Source: Chrysomallon squamiferum | Taxonomy: Eukaryota; Animalia; Mollusca | Reading direction: 5' to 3' | NCBI GenBank assembly: GCA_012295275.1 | Contig: CM022665.1 | Span: 33,542,001 to 33,606,000, forward strand | Length of the DNA: 64,000 nucleotides | Shown: positions 16,935-28,100 of the stretch, piece by piece | Layout of the letters: every line of letters starts with the position of its first letter | Position numbering within the stretch: the first letter of the stretch is position 1 | The notes under the pieces: generated by a model | Told to the model about the DNA's origin: nothing | Databases searched by the model: none | The model's input: only the letters and a program-made list of their open reading frames with translations | Made by a program: the position numbers and the translations under genes

Positions 16935-17038
16935 TTGAAGCAGGAGTCGATAAAGGCTATAACTCCAGCTAAAGGCATTAAAATAATTTGTCTGATATCC
17001 AAGATATACACTTTACATAACCAATTTATTTACATGAT
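15858..17038. repeat. Right arm of the 1.18-kb inverted repeat (LINE 3' end plus 104 bp of Tigger)
   Basis: Reverse complement of 8015-9196. Segment 16935-17038 is Tigger-internal sequence. Confidence 0.95.
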
Positions 17039-17089
17039 TATGTTTTTCTTTCTTTCCTTCATATGATATTAAAAATTTAATAATTAAAA

Positions 17090-17298
17090 AAAAAAAAAAA
17101 AAACCCTGAACCAACCCCTATTAAGAAATAAATAATATAATAAACTTTATTAAAATAGCGCTCTTCCCATCTATAAATACAACAAACCTTTTTTTTATTT
17201 TTTATTTTTTTATTTTTATTTATATTTTAATATTTAACCCTTTTGGATCTTCTTAACTAAAAAGCATTTAATGCTTACTGCAAACTGCCCACTTCAAA
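17090..17298 (+). mobile_element. Diverged second copy of the LINE 3' UTR
   Basis: aaaatagcgct..ttccc...cccttttggatctt...catttaatgctta.tgcaaa.tgcccacttcaaa matches ~16670-16845 with multiple substitutions. Confidence 0.8.
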
Positions 17299-17479
17299 TA
17301 ATTATTTTTGTAATATAAATATTGTGTTTTGTTTTGGTGTTCATAGTGGATACTTGATATTATATATAGTTTATATCTGTAGTATATGCAAATATATGTA
17401 TCTATTATAATCAATCGTCACAGTTTCTTAATTGCACAGTCAGGGGGTCCTAGACAAGAATCGAGCCATATTTTAATAG
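17296..17479. repeat. Copy 2 (3' part) of the 9680-10696 duplication
   Basis: Near-identical to 10496-10696 apart from a short deletion. Confidence 0.9.
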
Positions 17480-17807
17480 GGTCGTTAGCACTTGAAAGCT
17501 AACACCTCTTATGCGCTGGGCCCCGTGACACTGATGCGGCCTAGCTTGTTTCTTGTTATCTTTCGCCAGATACCATAGCATAACTGTGTCTTCCCATTTG
17601 GTAGAATTCCCAGTTCGTATAATTCCCATTTCGTAGAAAAAGCTGGTCTACCGCAATACCTGATTACCTCTGTATATAATGAACTTGGCCTGTGCATATA
17701 TCTGGTTTCTTTCTAACATTCAGAGGCAGTGCCCCCATTGTTCCTAAAACGATTATCTAACATCAACCGAAAGCCCAATAAGCGTACACTGCTCATTTGT
17801 TACTTTT

Positions 17808-17980
17808 TTATTATTATCATCATCATCTTCCTCTTCCTCATTGTCATCATCATAATCATCATCATCAACATTATTATTATTATAATATTATTATTATTAC
17901 TATTATTATTGTTGTTATTATTATTATTTTTGTTATTATTATTATTCGTATTCTTCTTATTCTTCTTATTATTATTGTTT
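17808..17980. repeat. Compound (ATC)n/(ATT)n microsatellite
   Basis: Visible triplet runs, which produce the spurious poly-I/L/N/H ORFs. Confidence 0.95.
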
Positions 17981-18587
17981 TTTAAACTGGTCATTTCTAA
18001 TTCATAAACATTTCCTTTCCATTACAAAACAAGCAACCAATAATAAACAATTTTACATCAATTTCATCTATCTATTAAAAAACAAAACGAAAAAAGAATG
18101 AAAGAAAAGAAAAATGGCTTGCTTCTGTAAGAGAATACGACAAAAATATTATAAATAACTAATTCAGCAATATAATTTTTAACAAAACATATTTTACATA
18201 CGAGTAATTTACTTATATTCAGTAAATAGAATATTTGAACGTTACATTTATCATTAACTTTTCGAATTCAACCATATTCAGCTGAAACATGTACAAGATA
18301 TCTGTTACTGATCATATTTACGTTATGCACACATACATATTCAGATTGTGCATATATTATACAATATATGTGACATAGTATATTAATAGTATGTACACTA
18401 AAGATATTATGACGTGCAAATACTTTGGCTATGACTGAAAAAGTTTATACGAAGGACCAAATCATTGGGAATACTTTTAGATAAATACCTTCTTTTTTAA
18501 TTATTTACATTCACTATATTCGATACATAGATTATTTCGATATTTGTAATATTTGCATACTTTATGCGATAAGCGATATCCATACTA

Positions 18588-19251
18588 CAATAATACCTCA
18601 GATTAAAGATGTAATTGGTTCCAAATTTCCGATAGTGGAGTGAGGTATCGTTAAGAGGGAGACTAATTTATATAGAATTAAGGTTAAAAGCAGTGGTTAC
18701 TTTCTTGCTGATGAGATCTGACAAAAAAAAAAGGTGAAATAAGGAGAAATAAAACGGCAGTTTAGACATAAATGATTTAATAGATTGTAGATATTAAGTA
18801 AACACTATATCATTTACAAATCAATTTATACAAATACATTATGAAATAATTATATGCCGCTCATTGTGGGTTTGGTTTCATTTAAGATAATGTATTTTGT
18901 TTCTAAAGTTATTGTCTTCCGTTTCTTTTTATCATCAGCATTCGCCGGTATCGTGTTATTCGTTTTGACATATTGGAAGGGTAAATTACAAACGAGTTTA
19001 AGTCTAAATCGAAGCAGAAGACAAAAGAGAATCAGACTATCAGATGCACGTGTGACGTGTCAACTGATCAATACAGCTGACAGAAGCTCGTGAATGAACG
19101 AAAAATTAAAGAAAACGGACTTAAAAACATGCATTGTATACATTTGTATCATTTAATTCGAGCAATTAACTATTAAATTAAATTTCTATTTATATAATTT
19201 GTAAAGACGAAAGATTGTTAAAGCGTGGTATCGTTAAGCGAGATATTACTG
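18588..19251. mobile_element. Tc1/mariner (Tigger-like) MITE
   Basis: TA|caataatacctc...gagatattactg|TA imperfect TIRs with TA on both sides, plus a repeated ggtatcgttaag subterminal motif. Confidence 0.6.
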
Positions 19252-19970
19252 TATTTGTTCAATAATAATCGCTTTCCAAATAATCTGGAACAGTTCATTA
19301 TAATGACTGAGGTAAAACCAAGCATGTCAATAAGACCACTGAACCACATTTAGCCTTTCTACGAAATGGGAATTCTACCAGATGGGACTATTATCATTAT
19401 TATTTGTTATTGTTATTATTATTAATAATTTGATTTTTATATTTATTTATTTATTTATTTATTTTATTTTATTTGAATGTTTATTTTTTTAGGGTTTTTC
19501 ATGTTACGAAACACTATATGTTTTTAATTATACGTTTAATTGCCTTCCTCTCTGCTGTCTGTCCATTCAGTTGATTTGTAGAATGACGATAACCATAACT
19601 AAAAATTTGCCTCTTAGGTTGTCAGTTAGGTTGAAGTCATGATGATTTAAAATCATAACTCCTATTTTTCCACAATCATTTTTTATCTGCTAGCGACTGT
19701 TTAAATAAAAACCCTATGTCATTAAAAAAATATAGAGACGAACTCGGTGCATTATTATCTGTAAACAAAACATTGTTACGTGGATGCTACATAAAGGTAC
19801 TTCTTTTGTAACGATGTCGACTTAACTTTACGATCCAAACTCGGTTTTACTCGATTAAGCATTTTCTATTTTCTACTATAAATTTGCTACAGATTCTTCT
19901 TGGGAAGCCATAAACAAACAAAATTAAATACTTTTCCTACTAATATTTACAACAACAACAACAACAAAGC

Positions 19971-20076
19971 AAAAAAAAAAAAAAAAAAAGTAAATAAATA
20001 AAATGGATGGAGAGATATGTACTAAAAAAAAAAAAAAAAAAAGTAAATAAATAAAATGGATGGAGAGATATGTACT
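19971..20076. repeat. Perfect 53-bp tandem duplication upstream of cystatin
   Basis: (A19 gtaaataaataaaatggatggagagatatgtact) x2. Confidence 0.9.
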
Positions 20077-20240
20077 AGGAAACAAAAGATATTATTTTCT
20101 GTAAATATAATTAAAACTATTATAAATTAAAGTAAAAGAAAGGGAACAAGTCTGTAAATATGATTTAGTTATTTTATTTTATTTTATTATGATTTTATGC
20201 ATGGGTCAGTGTCTGTGATTTGTGTTTTGTATTAAATTAT

Positions 20241-20331
20241 GGGGGCGAGGGGCTGGTTGATTGGGTGTTACACAAGTTACAGATAGTAATTCACATGGCA
20301 ATAGAGTAGCCTCCCTTTACAAATCATGTGA
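20241..20331 (+). promoter_or_regulatory. Proximal promoter of the cystatin gene
   Basis: GC-box-like gggggcgaggggc, reverse CCAAT (gattgg) and TCATGTGA (20324-20331) lie within 130 bp of the ATG. Confidence 0.4.
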
Positions 20332-20371
20332 GTGCTCAAAGCAAACTTTCCAAAAGAACATAAAAACAAAA

Positions 20372-21694
20372 ATGGCTTTATGTGGAGGTGCGTCACCTAT
20401 GAAAGAAGCAACAGCAGAAATTCATGATATATGTAAAAAGGTTATTTGCCTTTTTGTGAGGTGCTTTTAATGTCATGTGTTGGGACCTACAAATTACATT
20501 ATTATATAGTTGTATTATTATATATTGATAATTGAGGCTCAGTATTATGATGCCGTATTCGGAAGTGTCTCGAAATTTGGAGATAATAACACCGAGAATG
20601 CAACCAAGTATAAAAGCCAAATCCATTTGTATAGACTCATAGCGCAAAGGTAGTTTTATATAATATTTTAATGAGGTGGACAGTAATCGCACAGTTCAGG
20701 TCTTACCTTTGGTTTTTGGTTTTATTGCAAGATATAAAATTAAATAAATCCACTTTCGCTTGTCACACTTGTCAGTTATACTGTATTTTATTTATTTTAA
20801 ATTTATAAACAACTGTTGTGAAAAAAAAAAAATAACTGCCACCTTGTAACTTGTGGTGACTAAATGCCTAGATAAAATATAATTGTCACAGAGATTCTCT
20901 AAATGTTTATTTTAAACTTATTACAGAAATATTACATTTGAATTTAATTTTGAATGTAAAAAAAAATTAAATGTATTTGTATTATTGGTATTTTTTAGAT
21001 TCGTGCTGAACTAGAAGAAAAAGTAGGGAAAAAATTTTCTGAGTTCAGAGCTACTCATTTTTCATCCCAAGTGGTTGCTGGTACAAATTATTTTATTAAG
21101 GTTTGTATTTATATTATATTTCAGTGTAATACCTTATTAATTACAATCTTTGAGTTGACATTTGTTTATATTGTATTTACATGAATTTAAATAGGTTTTT
21201 CTACATAAATGAAACTGAATATGATTGTCATGTGACTCATAGTTATATGTTATTGTTAACTCTAGTAATTGTTTAAAATATGTGGTTTATTATTCTAAAC
21301 TCCTAGTTACGTGTGTCAAAGGCCTAACTACCCCTCTGCAGGTGCAATTTTTCAAGTTGTATGTGGAGTGCAGATTTTAAGCTTGTTTAAATGAAATTTA
21401 AAAAAAACACAAAATATTTAAGGTTATTATTTGTTGATTAATTCAGTGTACATTAATAAACACCTGCTTAAAATTTTAACAGAATTTATTTCCAAACATT
21501 GTTATTATTATTTTCATTTTCATAGACCAAAATTAAAATGTTTAATTTTACCGTATTTTTTTCACCAGGTTGCTGTTGGTGATGGGAAATTTTTACATGT
21601 GAAAATATTCAGACCACTTCCTGGTCAAGGACAGGCATCTGTCTCAGACTATCAGTTGGATAAGACTGCAGATGAACTAATTGGATTCTTCTGA
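20372..21694 (+). CDS. CSTB: Cystatin-B / stefin (type 1 cystatin), 98 aa
   Basis: Exons 20372-20440, 20999-21100 and 21569-21694 (GT-AG, phase 0) give MALCGGASPMKEATAEIHDICKK|IRAELEEKVGKKFSEFRATHFSSQVVAGTNYFIK|VAVGDGKFLHVKIFRPLPGQGQASVSDYQLDKTADELIGFF. It has the N-terminal Cys/GG, QVVAG and LP motifs and no signal peptide. Confidence 0.95.
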
Positions 21695-24600
21695 TAAGCT
21701 GCTTTCTCAGATAATTTGGCACAACTTAACAATAATTTGGGTATTACCATTTGTTTAAAAGAAATACTCAAACATATTGGAGCTTTTCTTTCACATAATG
21801 TTACTATAATATTATTGCACAGAAACATAAACCTTTATCGGTTCAGTTTTAGTAAATTTTAAGTATTAGCATGGCATATACAAGCATGGCAACAAAACAT
21901 TATTTTAACTAAGACTAGTTTGAACAATAACATTTTAAGTGTAAAAAGAAAATTGCTTTGAGAAAACCTTATTTTAACATTCAATTTAAAAAAAGAAAAA
22001 CACACACTTACACACCCACACATATATTGCAGAATAAATTGACTGTTGAAATAATATTGATTTCATATTTAACTTGTTCTGCTGGAGTGTCTTTTTTTTT
22101 TTTATTCTATGGGTGTGAACATGATTTAGATTGTTTTACTTATATAACATTTTATAATAATTGTTTATTCTAAAAATTTATTTATACTACCAAATCAGCT
22201 GAGCGTTAGGGTCAATTTTATAAGGAGTTTTGATTTTACATTTACTCAGATAGATTTGTATTTTTGGTCTTGGTTTATTTGAAGCATAAGTAATACATCT
22301 GTCAATTACTTAATGTACAAAAGTACAAAACAAACACCTTACTGGTGTCAGTATGGCTACATACTTTATCTTTGTTTATGGGATCTTCAGTTTGTTCACA
22401 TTTATAAATTACCTACAGATTAATATTGTAAAGTTTAAAAAAAATAAATAAATAAATAAATAAATACTAATTTAATGTTTCTTATTTTTGTTAACCAGTT
22501 AGATTTGAAATTCTATCGTGAGAATTTGAGACATCATAAAATCTGTAATTTGATAAAATAAATAGCTAGCACTGTATTTTTATCTTGCCCAGGATTTATT
22601 TTGATCTATGTTCCAACATGTAAAAAAGAACTGGAAAGCTTTTTAATAACTATATTTTTTCACATGGGTTCTAGTTTGTGTTTAAAGTTTTCCCACATTT
22701 ACATTATCTGGAAGAAAACATTCAAATGCTCTTCAGTCTATTGATTTTTTATTTTTATAGCTAACCTTGATCTAGATATAGGCACCCAAACAATGCTCTT
22801 GAAACGATAACTATATTTTTCCTACACATAGAGAAAGTTTTACAAGACATCAGCCATAAAAAAGAAATTATATTTCTATCGTTATTCCAACAAAAGTTAT
22901 TGCTGATACAGTTCTCCAGTTTTTTCAGTAAAAAAATATTAAAAAAATAAACAACCAACAGCAGTTTCCGATGTGCTGTGTGAATGTGTGAAAAGGCATG
23001 ATTTATAAAAAATTAAAAAAGCACACTTCCATCAAAACAAAAACAAACGGTGCACTCAAATGAGGCTATGATGCTCTTTAGTCTGGTACACATTACATGC
23101 TTCTTTGAATAATGGTTTATCTCTGGCAAGCTGAGGAATGTAGCAGTTTTCAGGCTGCGCAGTGCAGGCACCAGTACTTACTTGAACTGTTTTGTATTAT
23201 CCTTCTTCTAAAAAACATATGGCACATAAATAATAAAACACTTTTTATGCTATTATTTTTGCATTTGTAACCAAAAGAAATTAATATTGTTACTCAAAAT
23301 TATTTTTGTAAAATCAATCACAAATAAACACAAGATCAAGTGTTTTCATTTGCTTGTTGGTGAGAATATTCTACTGAAGATTAAAGATGCAATAAAGCAT
23401 ACGTTTCCATTTCAAAATGAACAAATAGAATCTGTATAGCTTTTCTCATAGAAGTGTTTATTTAAAAACAATTCACAAAATATGATGGATTTTAAAACAA
23501 ATCTAGTGATACATTCATCAAGAACAAGATTAATAAAAATGTTAAAAATTATTGTAATGAATAACAAAATAAGGGAAAATAAATGTTATGACATTAAAAT
23601 TACTGCAAAATCTAAGACTAGTTTATTTAATTGATTACTTTTGAAATGTTCAGTAAATATTAAATGTCATGTGAAATATTTTTTTGTTTAGGATTAAAAT
23701 CAATGTTATGAGCTAGATTTACTTGTAGTGCTCACCTATTTTAAAGGGAAATAAACAACTGAATTCAATAAATTAAGATTATTTCATAAAATGGAAGAAA
23801 AGAAAATACTCATGGAAACAGTGAAGTTTTATTGTATGCTTGTCATGGTAACTTTATCAAATTAATTTCAAATGTCTAAATAAATTCTCAGTGATGCCAT
23901 TCAAGTACAGTTGCAGAATTAACCTCAATTACTATCTTTGTATTGTTATTGGGCACTTTCATATACTTGAAACTCTTCTTTTAATTATGTATTGTATTAA
24001 TTACCAATATCTAAATGACTGAAATTATTAATTATAAAACAAATCCTATCCTGTGCAATACATCAAATATTGTTTAATCCACTGATTATGCTATAACTGA
24101 CAAATCAAAAGGTTTCCATGAAGACAAATAATACACAATAACTTGATTCCAGTTCTGGCAAATTTTCAAAGAAACTGAAATTAAAAAGTGCAGTTCATGA
24201 CATCGCTGTCTATCACTAAACTAACTTGACAAAATAAACCCAAGTTACTACACATCAACAAATGGGATCAAATTACTTCTTAGACCTGCAATCATTCATA
24301 CAAACACATGGCCAATATGAATCTATATGCAACTTTTTTTTTTCTGTTTCTTTTTTCCCTGTAATATTAATATGCATAATCAGATGTCATGATTATAGTT
24401 TTTCACACTGAACTCAAAAACAGTTTCAAGTAAATGTCTTATACTAAATACCTGGTATTTGAAACAATGACTTATTGATGAATGATTGCAGTCGAGTCTA
24501 CAAATATTTTCTACAAATGTAACTTGCACAGTTACATGTAGTTTTGCTCAAGTATGGTTTATCTTTGGTCATTTCTTAACCAATGACAGCAAATCTGATA

Positions 24601-25100
24601 TAATTAGGCTACTGAATGAAATGAAAGAATCATGCTTTTCTGAAGATTTGATAAAAATTATCCCATACTTCTTGTAATTATTACTTCCAGCTTGATCAAC
24701 AGGATTATAGGAGCACAGACAATATTTGACATTCTAATACACAGACTATTACTGGCAATAATCACACAAGAATCTGTTATCAAGAAGAGAAACCAAGTAA
24801 CAACTGGCAAGTTTGAAAATCAGAATGGATAGTTACATTAATAGTCTCAGTAACAAAAACTATGTGCATATGAATATATGTGTGCATGGGTGTGCATATA
24901 TATTTGATAGTACAGTCAATATAGTTTAAGTTTCTAAAAATGGATCTATTTATTAATGTGATAATGTTGTAGGCTAGATGAATAATACAATACAACGATT
25001 TATTTTAATACAATTTTTGATCATTACATCATCAAACAACTGAAATCTATTGTTATTTCATCTGTATTTCATCTGTTTGTTTTTACAAATTCCTTCTGAG

Positions 25101-28100
25101 TCAAAGCCCATCAGATGATTCATCTGATGGAACATGATATCGTGGACCATTGATCTGAAAATAAATGAAAGAAATAAATTTTCAGTACATAGTGTTTTTT
25201 TTTTTTTTTTTTTTTGTTGTAATGTGGGGTATTATTCATATTAGTTAATAGTAACTTGGCCATATTTATTCACTTTTTTGTAAATGAAAATAATTATATA
25301 CAGAGATATGTTAAAAAAAAAATGTCATTGTTTTATTTATACCTGTGTATCATAATCCAAGACAAAAGATGGCACATCAATCTGGTCTGGGTCCATCTTA
25401 GAAAAGAGGTACTGAACACCATTCAAACTGTGTACCTTTGATTTAATATCTGAAGCAGTAAAAGTTGTGAAGAACCATGTTGTAAGCTGAAATACAGGTA
25501 TTATAATTTTTAAAAACTGGTCTCTGAATACAGAACTGACAGACTAAAGGAATCGTTTACCTGACTGATTTTATGACGGCTATTATTTATAAGTTGTTAT
25601 ACATAGGAATTTAAAAACATTATTTTATGATCTTCAATCAACAGTTTACAAAATAATAATAATAATATGTACATCTTAACAGCTTCTGAAAAACAATTAA
25701 AAAATTATATCAGCAATGTTCTAATACAAATATTATGTATGTTCTAATAAAGACAACAATCTATTAATAACTATCCAGTAAGAATATTTCCTCAAACACC
25801 TTGTCTACAGAAAAAGAAAAACATGAATATAAAATATATTTGTTCATACAAGCTTACCTTTGACCACCAAGTTGGATGAACAATGTAAAAATACTTCAGA
25901 TTCTTTTTATATCTAAAATTAGAAAAAAATGAAAAATAAAAGATTTCAGAAAGCTTACAATCATATTTTGAGATTTTTACAGATTTCTGAAAATAAAAAT
26001 GATATGTCACTTTAAAAATGAAAAAGAAAAGTTAAGCTAAAACTACTTTTTTCTATTCTCTTTTTCAATATGTAATGGTAATCTGTATGTGTGCATCTAA
26101 CACATGACTGGTTATATAAACATTTCATTTATTACTCTGATAATAATTTTAATCAAAGTATTGTTATCACTAAAAATGATTGTTAAAGACGGAAACTACC
26201 TGTTAGTGTTTGTTATAGGACTTATAAATAATGTTGAATTAATATATACTTCTTAGTGTTTTTGGTAATTTTTTAGTCAGTGAAATGAACTGATACTAAC
26301 AAGTTTTATTATATTGTAAAGTTTATTTGATATTTTGCTGAACCATCACCTGTTGTCAAGAAGACTGTATCCCATTTTCATGTAATTCATTGGTGGCTGA
26401 TTTCTCTTGGTTGTTTGTGTATGAAAGTATACAACCACATAGTCATTTTCTACCACAGGGTCCATCACACGAATCAGGTACAATAAGGCCTGCACAAAAC
26501 AATTTTCAAAATTATCTTTTTAGTTAATTATTTTTATTTTATTGAAAAAAACCTTTTGTTTAAAAATATTTTATTAAATTTAATATAATAAAAAAAAGAA
26601 AAGAAGGAAATGTGGAACTTTCTGTGGAGTTAGGTAACATGAGAAATTGTAACACTATGAACCAGAGAAACCTACAGGTAATATTTTGGTGAAATTTGTA
26701 TATATATGTGATAACAATTTATAAATTTTAGTTTTTAACTATTTCTATTTCGATCAGTTTCTAAAATGCATTTCCTTAAAATCTGAATGTATAAAGTTTT
26801 GGTATGAATATTTAACTCAATAGGTAATTCAATAACTCACACGTTCATGGTCTACAGAATCATACAAAAAGTCTTTTCCAATGAACACAACTACAGGGCG
26901 ACCAAACCGGTCTGTTCCTGCTCTATACAGACACCTCAAACCAGCAATATCTCTCAAGTCTTCTGACTTTGCTCTTTTTAGAAATCTTTCATATCTGAAA
27001 TACAAACTAAGTCATTTCAACATTTTAAATATTAATAGTAACATAGGCTACATTAGTAATGAATAAGCTATTATTATAGCTGTTGCTTACATTAGAAAAC
27101 ACAACTTCAACATCCATTTTGTTTTTCAGATGAGTCAAATGGCTTACAAGCAGACATCACTGCTGCAAAACAAATTTCTTTTAACCTTTGGTAAATAAAC
27201 AGGTCAGCTGACTCATTGTTTTGGACAGTCAGTTAAATTATGTACATGATAGAAGCATAAAACAGTACAGGTTTTATCTCTTTAATCTGGAATTCTATGA
27301 ACAGGCAAGTCCTATGGTTCAGCATGTTTGAAACTGCTGCCATTAATTTGTGCATCTGCCAACAAGGTGAAGGCTCCATAATCCTTTTACACTACAGTAC
27401 AGTGTTCTGTGACACAGCTGAATTAATCTCATATATATTCTACTGTATGTTAGTCGACAAAAGGTGGAGAAGAGTACTAGTGCCAAAAAGCAAAAGCAAA
27501 AGCATAAATCATCTATGAAAATGAAAATCTACCCTCAGTTGGCATGCTCTAGATATTATCGGTAAAGAATCCAAAGATAGAATAATAATTTTTGACTGTC
27601 AGTGTTATGGGAATAAATAAAACTAAGTTGATGGTAACTGACAAGTGTGTTCACCTCTTTCCTAACTGCACCTCAGCCAGAGCATATCAGAGTTCATCTA
27701 CAGTTGTCTTGTTGCTGTGAATAATGGAATGCTTCCTGCAGATTACATAAGGGTCATTCTGTGTCAAATCACCCCCCCCAAAAAAAAATTAAACCTGTCT
27801 GTCTCAGATTTTTGATGAAACTTTTACGCCAATTGGATCAGTGGTGTGGGAGATACGGCCCCCCGAATTTTGAGATTTTGGACAAAAATGGGCGTGACCA
27901 CCAACCTTTGAACCCTCATATCTCAGGAACCACTGGGCCAATCTTCATAAAATTGGTATTGTTGAAAAGGCAGTATGACAAGAATTCCAAATCTGCCATT
28001 ATTGTTCAGTTTGGAATATTCCTGAGATATGAGGGTTCAAAGGTTGGTGGTAAAAAATCTCAAAATTCTGTGGGCCGTATCTCCCACACCACTGGTCTGA

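Larger units (their letters stand above)
17592..19387. mobile_element. Putative non-autonomous DNA transposon with repetitive TIRs, superfamily uncertain
   Basis: Left tcccatttggtagaattccca...tttcgtagaaaaagct (17592-17644) is inverted relative to agcctttctacgaaatgggaattctaccagatggga (19352-19387). No TSD was identified. Confidence 0.5.

Noticed and set aside
8015-17038. Reading the inverted arms as TIRs of a 9-kb composite or foldback transposon
   Set aside because: No TSD at the outer ends, the arms are internal LINE/Tigger sequence, and there is no intact transposase inside.
17729-18007. ORFs with poly-Ile/Leu/Asn/His that resemble membrane or low-complexity proteins
   Set aside because: They are translations of an (ATT)/(ATC) microsatellite.
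18700-18750. Hammerhead-like CTGATGAG...GAAA
   Set aside because: Stem II lacks its closing pair and no stem I/III with an NUH site can be built. The minus-strand CTGATGA hits near 18935 and 57848 also fail.
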